Assembly: GCA_030529225.1 (NCBI GenBank)
Contig: JAUMXH010000005.1
Location: 38,790-102,789 of the forward strand
DNA from: Bacillota bacterium
GTDB taxonomy: Bacteria > Bacillota > Clostridia > Peptostreptococcales > Acidaminobacteraceae
DNA length: 64,000 bases
Direction: 5' to 3'
The position numbers were made by a program, and so were the translations under genes. How positions within the stretch are numbered: the first letter of the stretch is position 1; the number at the start of each line of letters is the position of its first letter. This document shows positions 1-9,295 of this stretch, in pieces. The notes beneath the pieces were generated by a model. The model saw only the letters and a program-made list of their open reading frames with translations, was not told the origin of the DNA and did no database searches.

Positions 1-583
1 GCCCACCATGGAGTCTCTCTCTCGCCTTCGTTCATTTCTTTGAACTCCACAGGCTCCATCATCTGTCCGATCATACCGTCGGCAACAATCATGACGGGAG
101 TACGATATTCTTCCGCTTTCGGGAAAGAATCCATGATCATATCACACATTTCCTGGATGTTAGCCGGAGCGTAAACCAAGAGCTTATAGTCTCCGTTTCC
201 GCCGCCTCTTGTTGACTGATTGTAGTCAGCCTGTGCAGGCTGAATACCGCCAAGACCCGGGCCACCTCTACCGATACTTACGATTACGCAAGGAAGCTGA
301 CAAGCAGCGATGTAAGAAATACCTTCCTGCTTGAGCGCGATTCCCGGAGAGGAAGAAGATGTCATTACTCTTTTTCCACATCCTGCAGCACCGTAAACCA
401 TGTTAATCGCAGCGATCTCAGATTCCGCCTGAACGAAGACCTTGCCTCTCTTAGGCATCTCTCTTGACATGTACTCAGGCAACTCGTTCTGAGGAGTAAT
501 TGGGTATCCAAAAAACGCATCGAGACCGGCTCTCATTGCAGCTTCGCCAATGGCCTCATTACCTTTCATTAATATTTTTGCCA
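1..583 (-). CDS. 2-oxoacid:ferredoxin oxidoreductase alpha subunit (VorB/PorA family); N-terminal part, gene continues beyond window start
   Basis: Translation of the minus strand from the ATG at 583 gives [22 protein letters not shown]...[14 protein letters not shown], typical of the alpha subunit of pyruvate/ketoisovalerate:ferredoxin oxidoreductases. The delta subunit lies directly upstream. Confidence 0.7.
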
Positions 584-596
584 TGATAGCTCCTTC

Positions 597-812
597 CTAT
601 AACCTTTCAACCTTTATTACAGAATCCGGACAAGTTATTGCACACATAGCACAAGCAATGCACTTCTCCATCTCTTTAATACCTGCCGGGTGGTAACCCT
701 TAGCATTGATAACAGTTTTGTCCATATCGATAATTTTTTGTGGACACACAGAAGCACAAAGAGCACATCCTTTGCATATATCCATGTTAAATGTAACTTT
801 ACCTTTAGCCAC
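597..812 (-). CDS. 4Fe-4S ferredoxin-type delta subunit of 2-oxoacid:ferredoxin oxidoreductase
   Basis: The 71-aa product carries two CxxCxxCxxxCP motifs (CKGCALCASVCP and CIACAMCAITCP). Confidence 0.8.
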   Translation of the reverse strand: MAKGKVTFNMDICKGCALCASVCPQKIIDMDKTVINAKGYHPAGIKEMEKCIACAMCAITCPDSVIKVERL

Positions 813-831
813 TTTTCCCCTCCTATCTCAC

Positions 832-1524
832 CTACATCCAGTCGTCTCTCATAATCATGTCGATTGGTATAATCGGAACTTTAATCTCCCTTTGGAGCTC
901 CTCGACCAACCTTCGCACTACAGAGACATACACAATAGGGATGTTTAATTTTTCAGAAACTTCTTCGAGAAGTTTTTGACCCCTTAAAACATCTTCTACA
1001 CTTGTTTCCCGCAGCATATGAGTATTATTGATTAGTCCGGTCACTTTTCGTTGCGCCTCAAACTCTATGCCTTCAATATGATTGATAGCCCCTTCCAGGT
1101 TCGCAGTTTCAGGCCTGTTGGCATTGACGACCGCGAACATGTCGCAAGCTTCATCATCTATGTTATCGTTATACTGCCGCAGCACTCTCGCACCGATCTT
1201 ATCCCCTCCGACGTCCAAAACGGTCTTGGTCAAACCGTCCGACAAGGGAATATTCAGGGCAGCACTAATAGCCGGCAAATCTATGTTGGTGTCGTTGCCG
1301 AACAAAGAACTCATGACCGTCACCCCGTTTTGCTCCAGATAATTCGCGCGTTCACGAGATCTGAAGTACGGGTTTACGATGTCCAGGTCCGACAACAAAA
1401 TCTTTCCGCCGACTTCTTTTGCATATTCTATTGCATAATTGCAACAAAATTCTGTTTTTCCACTTCCATAGTGACCGATGACGATCACAATTCTTTTCTC
1501 TTTAAACCTCATATTAAACATCAA
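832..1524 (-). CDS. P-loop NTPase of unknown function in the buk/ptb/vor operon
   Basis: Walker A motif GHYGSGKT near the N-terminus; I do not recognise a specific family. Sits 20 nt downstream of vorD and upstream of buk. Confidence 0.5.
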   Translation of the reverse strand: MMFNMRFKEKRIVIVIGHYGSGKTEFCCNYAIEYAKEVGGKILLSDLDIVNPYFRSRERANYLEQNGVTVMSSLFGNDTNIDLPAISAALNIPLSDGLTKTVLDVGGDKIGARVLRQYNDNIDDEACDMFAVVNANRPETANLEGAINHIEGIEFEAQRKVTGLINNTHMLRETSVEDVLRGQKLLEEVSEKLNIPIVYVSVVRRLVEELQREIKVPIIPIDMIMRDDWM

Positions 1525-1604
1525 CCTTTTTCAAGTTCAACCTAAGGCGTTTCTCTCCCAAAAGAACGCTCAGCGATATGTTTAATGCTCTCTGAATTAC
1601 GGTA

Positions 1605-2684
1605 TTATTGGTAAACCTTTGCAGTTTCTTCGCCTTTTAGAATTCTTAGGCCGCCTTGTGCCAAAGCAAGCATTTCATCTTCGCCAGGGTAGATAATAAA
1701 CTTACCGACGAACCCTACATGCTCTTGAATCCAGCCGTTCAAGTCCTTGTCGTAAGCCAGACCGCCTGTCAAAATGACAGCGTCCACCTTACCCTTAAGA
1801 ACAGAAGCACAGATAGCAATCTCCTTTGACACCTGGTAAGCCATCGCCTTGTAAACGAGTGTCGCTTCCTCGTCGCCTCTTAGGAACATCTCGCTGACTT
1901 CTCTTCCGTCGCTGGTTCCCAGGTAATTCATCAAACCGCCGTTTCCTTTGATCAGCTTTTTAATTTCGGCCTCCGTATACTTTCCTGAGAAACACATCTT
2001 TACGAGTTGACCGACCGGCAAACCGCCTGATCTCTCCGGAGAGAATGGACCTTCGCCATCCAAAGCGTTGTTGACATCAACAACCCTTCCCTTCTCATGA
2101 GCGCCAACCGAGATACCGCCGCCCATGTGGGCCACTATGAAGTTCAAGTCCTCGTATTTTTTGCCCATTTCGGCAGCCGCTCTTCTCGCTACCGCCTTTT
2201 GGTTCAAGGCGTGGAAAATACTGATTCTCGGATTTTCTTTGATTCCTGAAATTCTTGCGATATCCTGCAACTCGTCGACCACGACAGGGTCAACAATGTA
2301 TGCCGATTTCCCAAGTTCATCCGCGATATCTTTTGCAATCATAGCCCCAAGGTTGGATGCGTGTTCACCCATGGCAGCCTCTTCCAAATCCTTGAGCATC
2401 TGCTCGTTGACTTGATAAGTACCGCCTTCGATCGGCTTCAACAATCCGCCCCTGCCGACGACCGCGCTCAACTCTTTGATATCGAAGTTGTTTGCTTTCA
2501 AGCTGTCCAAAATCACTTGCTTTCTGAACTCATACTGGTCCATTATTTTCTTACCCTCAAATTGTGCCAACTCTTCAACGGTATGTCTCAAGGTGGTCTC
2601 AAAAAGTTGGGTCTCATTCTCAAAAACCGCGATTTTGGTAGATGTTGAACCCGGATTGATTGTCAGAATTTTATAATTTGCCAT
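1605..2684 (-). CDS. buk: butyrate kinase
   Basis: MANYKILTINPGSTSTKIAVFE... is an acetate/butyrate kinase family N-terminus, and the length is 359 aa. ptb lies immediately upstream. Confidence 0.9.
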   Translation of the reverse strand: MANYKILTINPGSTSTKIAVFENETQLFETTLRHTVEELAQFEGKKIMDQYEFRKQVILDSLKANNFDIKELSAVVGRGGLLKPIEGGTYQVNEQMLKDLEEAAMGEHASNLGAMIAKDIADELGKSAYIVDPVVVDELQDIARISGIKENPRISIFHALNQKAVARRAAAEMGKKYEDLNFIVAHMGGGISVGAHEKGRVVDVNNALDGEGPFSPERSGGLPVGQLVKMCFSGKYTEAEIKKLIKGNGGLMNYLGTSDGREVSEMFLRGDEEATLVYKAMAYQVSKEIAICASVLKGKVDAVILTGGLAYDKDLNGWIQEHVGFVGKFIIYPGEDEMLALAQGGLRILKGEETAKVYQ

Positions 2685-2686
2685 GG

Positions 2687-3601
2687 TTACTTTTCCTCCT
2701 TAGAAGCTGCCATCAGTACTGAAAGTGCAATAGAATATAATTTGGTCTGATCCGTGTCCGCTCTTGAAGTCAGAACGATTGGAGCCTTTGCTCCCAAAAT
2801 GATGCCCGCGCTCTCCGACTCCGCAAGGAATGACAAGGCTTTGTAGAGGACGTTTCCAGCTTCAATGTCCGGCATCAAGAGGATGTCCGCCTCGCCGGCA
2901 CCCGGATGGGTCACCCCTTTGTGCTTTGCCGCCTCGACGGAAATCGCATTGTCCAAAGCAAACGGCCCGCCGACCACGCAACCCTTCAATTCTCCGGCTT
3001 GGTTCATCTTAACCAATTCCTGTGCGTCAACAGTCGGAGGCATCTTGTCCGAAACCTTCTCTTTTGCGCAAACGACAGCTACATTCGGATTGTCCAGTCC
3101 GATTGCCTTGGTTAGAACCAAAACGTTTTCGATGATTTTTTTCTTTGTTTCCAGATCCGGTGCGATGTTCATCGCCGGGTCAGTGATTGTGAGTAATTTA
3201 TCATATTTTGATGTTGAGAATACAGCAGCGTGTGACAACACACTTCCTGTTCTGAGACCTGTTTCTTTATTAAGAACTGCTTTTAAGATAATAGATGTAT
3301 CAACTAAACCCTTCATAACGATGTCTGCATTTCCCGATGATACGGCGCTTACCGCTTTTTCAGATGCTTCTTCGAGACCTTTGGCGTCGACGATTTCATA
3401 ATCGGCCGGGTTGACCGAAATCTCTTCACATAGCTTTACAATTTCGTCCTTATCGCCAAACAAAGTTGCTTCCGCGATGCCCTCTTTTTTTGCCGCGCTG
3501 ACTGCCAGAAGAACTTCCTTATCAGCTGCACAGGCAACGGCGATTCTCTTCGGTCCCTTTTCTTTGGCAACCTGCATCACCTGTTGAAAATTTTTGATCA
3601 T
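2687..3601 (-). CDS. ptb: phosphate butyryltransferase
   Basis: 304-aa phosphate acyltransferase family protein (MIKNFQQVMQVAKEKGPKRIAVACAADKEVL...), with buk 2 nt downstream. Confidence 0.9.
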   Translation of the reverse strand: MIKNFQQVMQVAKEKGPKRIAVACAADKEVLLAVSAAKKEGIAEATLFGDKDEIVKLCEEISVNPADYEIVDAKGLEEASEKAVSAVSSGNADIVMKGLVDTSIILKAVLNKETGLRTGSVLSHAAVFSTSKYDKLLTITDPAMNIAPDLETKKKIIENVLVLTKAIGLDNPNVAVVCAKEKVSDKMPPTVDAQELVKMNQAGELKGCVVGGPFALDNAISVEAAKHKGVTHPGAGEADILLMPDIEAGNVLYKALSFLAESESAGIILGAKAPIVLTSRADTDQTKLYSIALSVLMAASKEEK

Positions 3602-3727
3602 ATCACACCTCTTCCAAAAACTAAAACAAACATAAAAATCTCTGTTTTTTTCTGCTCTATAGTATACACCAGAGACAGAAAAAATGCAATAGATTCAAAC
3701 ATTACTAATTAACAAATTTATAAATTG

Positions 3728-4615
3728 CTAACGATTATCACTAATAAATGTAGTTCCGATTTTTTCCCCCATCCGAACCTTGGTTTCGATGGCCTTTTCG
3801 GAGTTTTGAAGGATGTCTTCGTCCAAGATGACGCGGTCCTTCTCCACCGCCAGTATGACCGTGGAACCGCCGAACTCGAAACGCCCCTTTTCCATTCCCC
3901 TTTTTACCTCCGCCCTTTCATGGTAATTTACAATTTTTCCGACCATCATCGCACCGACTTCCATCATCAAAATCTTCCCAAAGGAGTCACTATTGAGAAT
4001 GGAAAATTCGCGTTGATTCTCTTTGTAAACGGAAACCGTGTCGGACGCAATCGGATTGACTGTATGAAAACAGCCTTTTATCCTATAATTCCTGCCCTTG
4101 CTGCCGCTGTCGACATAGCAGTAGCGGTGGTAGTCGTCGACCGAGAGCCTGAAAATCATCAGGTAGCCCCCCTCATAGCGTTCCGCGAGCTTTTTACTTC
4201 TCGTAAGCGACAAGAAGGTATATTCGCTATCCTTGATGCGAAAGCTGCCGTTCGCATCGATTTTGGAAACGTAAAGTTTGGAATCCGCGGGAGAAATAAA
4301 GTGGGTCTTCTCCTGATCGATCGGTCTGGCCGCCTTCTTGATCTTCCGAATAAAAAAGTCATTGTAGGAATCATAAGGAAGGTCGAGATACTCGTCCATA
4401 TTGATCCCGTTGTTCCGAACAAAGGAGTCAATCAGCAGCGAGGAGACGCGGGTTTTGAGAAGCATTCCCCCCAATACGGAAATGGGTCGTTTGGTCAAAA
4501 CTTTGAGCAGGGTCCTTCCGGCACCGCTCTCATACAGGGCTCGAATCACGCGATCCCGGGAGTCGTTATTCGAAATATAGTTGCCGTTTCTGTCTTTACA
4601 AAGCATGTATATCAC
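3728..4615 (-). CDS. psd: phosphatidylserine decarboxylase proenzyme
   Basis: 295-aa protein ending ...GSTVIL, a region resembling the PSD self-cleavage site. It overlaps the pssA stop by 4 nt. Confidence 0.8.
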   Translation of the reverse strand: MIYMLCKDRNGNYISNNDSRDRVIRALYESGAGRTLLKVLTKRPISVLGGMLLKTRVSSLLIDSFVRNNGINMDEYLDLPYDSYNDFFIRKIKKAARPIDQEKTHFISPADSKLYVSKIDANGSFRIKDSEYTFLSLTRSKKLAERYEGGYLMIFRLSVDDYHRYCYVDSGSKGRNYRIKGCFHTVNPIASDTVSVYKENQREFSILNSDSFGKILMMEVGAMMVGKIVNYHERAEVKRGMEKGRFEFGGSTVILAVEKDRVILDEDILQNSEKAIETKVRMGEKIGTTFISDNR

Positions 4616-5286
4616 CTCTGTTCTATCAATAAGGGTTCAATTTGAGGCGGGTGCGCGACGACGAACTGGTTGTAGCACCAGGCAATCCCAAGAACAAAGC
4701 TGACCAGGAGCACCAGAGCCAAAAGTTGTTTGTTGTTCGGTTTTTTCAGTTTGAAGTCCACGATGAAAAGGGTTCCGGTCACAATCAGGGTTGCCAGCAA
4801 AGCCCAGTAAAAAATCTTTTCCGAAAGGATGAAGTTTGACAAAAATACAATCGGAAGAATGATGGCGATGGAGGTGACCGGTAGGCCATGATAAAACTTG
4901 TTCGCCCCTCCCTCTTTCCTCTGTCGGTTCATTTCCAGCACGTTAAAAAAAGCCAAACGGATGACCGCCGCGATACAATAATACACCATCACAAGGATCG
5001 CCATAATCCCCCTCATCCCAATCGAATAGCAAAGGAGTGCCGGAAAGAACCCGAAGCAGATGGCATCACAAAGCGAATCGATTTGGACGCCGAACATCTT
5101 TTCGTCGTCACTTCGATTTTTCTTTGTGCGGGCAACCTTGCCGTCAAACATATCCAGCAGTCCCGACAGGGCCAAACAGGTGATCGCCAAGCGAAAATGT
5201 CCGTTTATTGCAAGCATCATACCGACAGTCGAAGAAGCCAAACTCATGTATGTCAACACGACAGTATAATCATAAAATCCTATCAT
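4612..5286 (-). CDS. pssA: CDP-diacylglycerol--serine O-phosphatidyltransferase
   Basis: CDP-alcohol phosphatidyltransferase motif DGKVAR...G(x3)D(x3)D in a multi-TM protein, placed next to psd. Confidence 0.8.
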   Translation of the reverse strand: MIGFYDYTVVLTYMSLASSTVGMMLAINGHFRLAITCLALSGLLDMFDGKVARTKKNRSDDEKMFGVQIDSLCDAICFGFFPALLCYSIGMRGIMAILVMVYYCIAAVIRLAFFNVLEMNRQRKEGGANKFYHGLPVTSIAIILPIVFLSNFILSEKIFYWALLATLIVTGTLFIVDFKLKKPNNKQLLALVLLVSFVLGIAWCYNQFVVAHPPQIEPLLIEQR

Positions 5287-6326
5287 GACTCATCCTTTCT
5301 CCAAAAGTGCAACCCATAAAATTTAGAATACGCTACAAAACTCATTATAGCACTTATTATTAGCTGTGTATAGTAACTTATACCGCGACTCACTATCATG
5401 ATCGGAACCGCAAAGTTCTTCCCGTAGGCCGGCTGGAAGACAAGCAGGAACAAATATTCGCTGATGCCCATCCCTCCCGGGAGCGGAAGCATATCGACCG
5501 CCACCGAGATTGCCCCCTGCAAAAAAGTGACATTCAAAAAGTTGAGGTTGTTCTTTCCGAATGAGATACAAACCATGTAAGTGATGGCGAAGAGCAGGGT
5601 CCTCTGGAAGAAGGTAATCACAAATATCTTGAACATCAGGAGCTTGTGAGTGGTCAGAAATTCCGATTTTTCAACATAGTTTTCCATCGCTCCGGCAATT
5701 CTCCGGCGGTAATGTTCCAGTTTCTTGGAGCCGGAAATCCTCACCATCAAACAGAAGAGCGCCATGACGATGGCCTCGACAATTTTAGGCTTGACGGCCA
5801 GCAAAATCATAAATCCGACCACCGCAATATTGAGGCCGAGCCCCAAATAAAACCAATGCATCACCCCGTCCAGGTAATACATGACGGTTGCGGGTTGAAA
5901 GATCAGAATGAGAAGTCCGTACAAGATCAAAACCGTCTTGTAGGAGATGGTGACGATCAAAAGAACGACCGTCGAAACATGGATGGCAATGTCATCCTTG
6001 CGCATAAAAACTGCCTGAACCGGCTGCCCGCCGCTCGCCGACGGGGTGATGCAGGAGAAAAAGAACCCGACAAAGGAGTAAAGACAACAATGGGAGAACT
6101 TTGTTTTACTTCGGAGGGTGCTCAGAAGATAAAACAGGATGGCCGATTCGCTCAAAATGAAGATGAGTACAAAAAGTACGCCGGCAACCCAATACCAAGA
6201 GTTGGCGTTCTTCATATAGAGGGCGATGCTCGCCAGATCTTCTCCATGCAAAACATAGCGTATGGTAAGAATAAAACAAAATAATACAAATATAAAATTT
6301 AATACCTTTTTCTTCTTACCGATCAT
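5283..6326 (-). CDS. flippase-like integral membrane protein (UPF0104 / LPG-synthase TM-domain family)
   Basis: 347 aa with about 8 predicted TM helices; overlaps pssA by 4 nt, which suggests translational coupling. Confidence 0.5.
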   Translation of the reverse strand: MIGKKKKVLNFIFVLFCFILTIRYVLHGEDLASIALYMKNANSWYWVAGVLFVLIFILSESAILFYLLSTLRSKTKFSHCCLYSFVGFFFSCITPSASGGQPVQAVFMRKDDIAIHVSTVVLLIVTISYKTVLILYGLLILIFQPATVMYYLDGVMHWFYLGLGLNIAVVGFMILLAVKPKIVEAIVMALFCLMVRISGSKKLEHYRRRIAGAMENYVEKSEFLTTHKLLMFKIFVITFFQRTLLFAITYMVCISFGKNNLNFLNVTFLQGAISVAVDMLPLPGGMGISEYLFLLVFQPAYGKNFAVPIMIVSRGISYYTQLIISAIMSFVAYSKFYGLHFWRKDES

Positions 6327-6450
6327 AGATTCTTGCCTTTTTTTCTTTCATCCTGCAACCTGTTTTTCATCCTCTTATCCCGGTTAAGCTGCGAGCTCTT
6401 TTCCGCGCATTCGCGCCCGCCCGTTGTGCTCAAAGCGCCCTTCCCCGAGT

Positions 6451-7437
6451 CTATGCTTCCTCTTTTTCTTTTACCTCCAAAATGAGGTAAAGCTCAGTCT
6501 CTTCGATTGGCTGAACGGAGCTCGGGAGGCGGAATTTCAACCTTAACTTGTAGGTGCCCGGCGCGGCGATCTCATCCAGGGCCTCGACCTTGCAAAGGGC
6601 CTCCGAAAGTCCTTCTATCTCTGTCTCCAATCCTTGAAATTTCAAGTTTTGATGAGAAAGTTTCTGGGACTCGATTACCAAATGGTCCTTCTTCAACTTG
6701 GGCGCATCATACTTGATTTCCAAAACCTTGTTTCGCATAATGCTCGCGTCCACCGTCACCTCTTTGGATTCGAGGTCAATTTCTTCCGCAAAGCTCTCGT
6801 CCGAATCCGTCTCCATTTTGATCGGAAGCTTGATTGTTCCAAGAGAGACTCCATGTTCATCAAAACTCTTTTGATGGGTTTTCTCAAGGGCTTCAAAATC
6901 GGCTTCCACATAGAGGGATTGAATCCGCTTCACATAAGAGTCCGGGCCGGAAATGACCACAAACTCGGGTTTCAATCGCAAATTCAACCACTTATCCTCA
7001 TCCGCATACGGCTTTTTTCTCAAATTGATGTAGAAAGACTTGTTCACCGTTCGGTCGATGTCGAGCTCGACCCGGCCAAACTCCTTGCTCAGAACCGTGA
7101 AGTTTTTTTTGCTCGGCGTGTGGACCTCAACCTCCACTTGTTGGAGCCCGAGATCGGCCCTGCGCAAGTCCACATAGACCTTGATGTCGTTTTTTTGCAG
7201 AGAGATGATGTCATTTCGCTTCCCCCTCAATTCGATGTCAAGGTCGGTCGGGTGCTCATTCAACAGCACGAGTGAAGCCGACTTCGGATAAAGGTATTCA
7301 ATCTCAACATTGCGGAAGGTTTTTGTGAACTCCGGATTCATGATGTAGGAAATGAGCATCCAAAGCGTGATTGCAATGAAGAGGGACATGAACTTTATGA
7401 ACAGCTTTTCAAATCTTGTAAAAGACTCACGTTTCAT
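6451..7437 (-). CDS. cdaR: YbbR-domain protein, regulator of diadenylate cyclase
   Basis: N-terminal TM anchor followed by repetitive YbbR-like domains; sits immediately downstream of cdaA with an 11-nt overlap. Confidence 0.7.
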   Translation of the reverse strand: MKRESFTRFEKLFIKFMSLFIAITLWMLISYIMNPEFTKTFRNVEIEYLYPKSASLVLLNEHPTDLDIELRGKRNDIISLQKNDIKVYVDLRRADLGLQQVEVEVHTPSKKNFTVLSKEFGRVELDIDRTVNKSFYINLRKKPYADEDKWLNLRLKPEFVVISGPDSYVKRIQSLYVEADFEALEKTHQKSFDEHGVSLGTIKLPIKMETDSDESFAEEIDLESKEVTVDASIMRNKVLEIKYDAPKLKKDHLVIESQKLSHQNLKFQGLETEIEGLSEALCKVEALDEIAAPGTYKLRLKFRLPSSVQPIEETELYLILEVKEKEEA

Positions 7438-8278
7438 GCTTATCCCCCATCCTGCTCTTCTTCCATTTTCCCAGCAATTCCCCGAGGTAGGATTCCTTCC
7501 TCTCCCGGCTGAACTTACTCTTCAGAACGCTCTCCAGACCCGGGATATCAACGAACCTGGCGAGTTTGGCGTCCCCCGCAATCGAGATGCTTCCTGTTTC
7601 TTCCGAAACGACCACGACAAGCGCATCGGTCCTTTCGGCGATGCCCATGGCGGCCCGGTGTCTGGTTCCCAAGTCCTTGCTGAGGTTAAAATTATTGGAA
7701 AGCGGCAAAATGCAAGCCGCAGCCACTATGGTTCCGTTCTTAATGATGACCGCACCGTCGTGAAGGGGAGAATTTTTAAAGAAGAGGTTCTTTAGGAGGC
7801 TGGCGTTGACATTGGCATAAATCTTTTCTCCGCTGTCGACGATGTCCCCGAGCGGGGTCTCCCGTTCCAAAACAATCAGGGCGCCGGTCTTGCTGTCCGA
7901 AAGGTCGGCCACCGCTTTGACGAGCTCATCGACCGTCTCCACATACTCTTCCTTCCCCGAAGAGATGAAACTGTCCTGGAGGACCTTACTGCCACGCCCC
8001 AGTTTTTCCAAGCCGATTCTGAGCTCGGGCTGGAAGACGATGACCAAAAAAATCAAGCCCAGGGTCATCAGGTTGGTGATCAAGAATTTGACCATGGTAA
8101 AATCGAGGAGCTCGGAAAGAGCCCACAGCAATAACACTACCAGGATTCCCTTTAGCAGGTTCATGGCCCTGGTTTGCCTGATGTAGTCGAACAACTTAAA
8201 CAAGAGAAAGGCGACGATGAGAATGTCCGCTATATCGCCTATCCTGATGTTTAAGACGCTGTTTAAAATGTACGACAT
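7427..8278 (-). CDS. cdaA: diadenylate cyclase (c-di-AMP synthase)
   Basis: Three N-terminal TM helices, then a DAC domain with DGA(VIIKNG) and RHRAA motifs. Confidence 0.85.
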   Translation of the reverse strand: MSYILNSVLNIRIGDIADILIVAFLLFKLFDYIRQTRAMNLLKGILVVLLLWALSELLDFTMVKFLITNLMTLGLIFLVIVFQPELRIGLEKLGRGSKVLQDSFISSGKEEYVETVDELVKAVADLSDSKTGALIVLERETPLGDIVDSGEKIYANVNASLLKNLFFKNSPLHDGAVIIKNGTIVAAACILPLSNNFNLSKDLGTRHRAAMGIAERTDALVVVVSEETGSISIAGDAKLARFVDIPGLESVLKSKFSRERKESYLGELLGKWKKSRMGDKHET

Positions 8279-8306
8279 CCGATCCTCTGTGCACGGTCCC
8301 TACGGC

Positions 8307-9257
8307 CTATACAAAAATCTTGCTGACGGAATCGTTGTTGAAGATTCTTCTGATCGACTCTGCAAAGATCGGCGCGACCGACAAGGTCTTGACATTTTCA
8401 ATCATCTTGTCCTTCGGCAAATCGATCGTGTCGAGCACCAGGAGTTCATTGATACTTGAGTTGTTGATGCGGTCAATCGCAGGGCCGGAGAGTACCGCAT
8501 GGGTACAGCAGGCGTAGACCGACTTAGCGCCCAGATCCTTGAGTGCCGCAGCCGCGTTACAGATGGTTCCCGCCGTATCGATGATGTCGTCGATCAACAC
8601 CACATTTCGACCGTCCACGTCGCCGATGATATTCATAATTTCCGCCACGTTTGCCATCGGCCTTCTCTTGTCGATGATGGCGATCGGCGAATCCAGGCGG
8701 TCTGCAAAGTCCCTGGTCCTCGTCACGCTTCCGAGGTCGGGCGCAACGACGGTCACGTCCTTGAGCCCCAGTTTGACCATGTGTTTGGCCAGGATAGGGC
8801 CTCCGACCAAGTGGTCGACCGGAATGTTGAAGTAACCCTGGATTTGGGCCGCATGAAGGTCCATGGTCAGGATTCTGTCCGCTCCGGCAGTCGTCAGGAG
8901 GTCGGCGATCAGTTTGGCTGAAATCGGATCTCTCGCCTTCACCTTCCTGTCCTGTCTGGCGTATCCGTAATACGGCAAAACAGCGATAATTCTACCTGCC
9001 GAAGCCCTCTTTAACGCATCGATCATGATTAAGAGCTCCATCAGATACTTGTTCACCTCAGGAGGGCTGATGGACTGAATCACAAAAACATCCGCGCCTC
9101 TGACGGTCTCGTTGATATTGACCGTGATTTCGCCGTCGGAAAAGGTTCCGACATCAGAGTCTCCGAGCGGAATATCAAGCTCCTTCGCAATCTTCTGAGC
9201 CAAAGGTAAATTCGAGTTTCCTGAAAAAATCTTTATCTTTTTTCCACGATTGTGCAT
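8307..9257 (-). CDS. prs: ribose-phosphate pyrophosphokinase
   Basis: MHNRGKKIKIFSGNSNLPLAQKIAKEL... matches the PRPP synthetase family throughout. The start was moved to the internal ATG at 9257, which has an AGGAGG 6 nt upstream. Confidence 0.9.
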   Translation of the reverse strand: MHNRGKKIKIFSGNSNLPLAQKIAKELDIPLGDSDVGTFSDGEITVNINETVRGADVFVIQSISPPEVNKYLMELLIMIDALKRASAGRIIAVLPYYGYARQDRKVKARDPISAKLIADLLTTAGADRILTMDLHAAQIQGYFNIPVDHLVGGPILAKHMVKLGLKDVTVVAPDLGSVTRTRDFADRLDSPIAIIDKRRPMANVAEIMNIIGDVDGRNVVLIDDIIDTAGTICNAAAALKDLGAKSVYACCTHAVLSGPAIDRINNSSINELLVLDTIDLPKDKMIENVKTLSVAPIFAESIRRIFNNDSVSKIFV

Positions 9258-9295
9258 CTTACATCCTCCTATAGCTGCCTTTTCGTCTATGTATT

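Noticed and set aside
3725-4645. 306-aa plus-strand ORF
   Set aside because: Antisense shadow of psd, which has clear family features on the minus strand; the translated sequence is low-complexity.
5323-5571. 82-aa minus-strand ORF
   Set aside because: Alternative frame within the flippase-like membrane protein gene; not credible.
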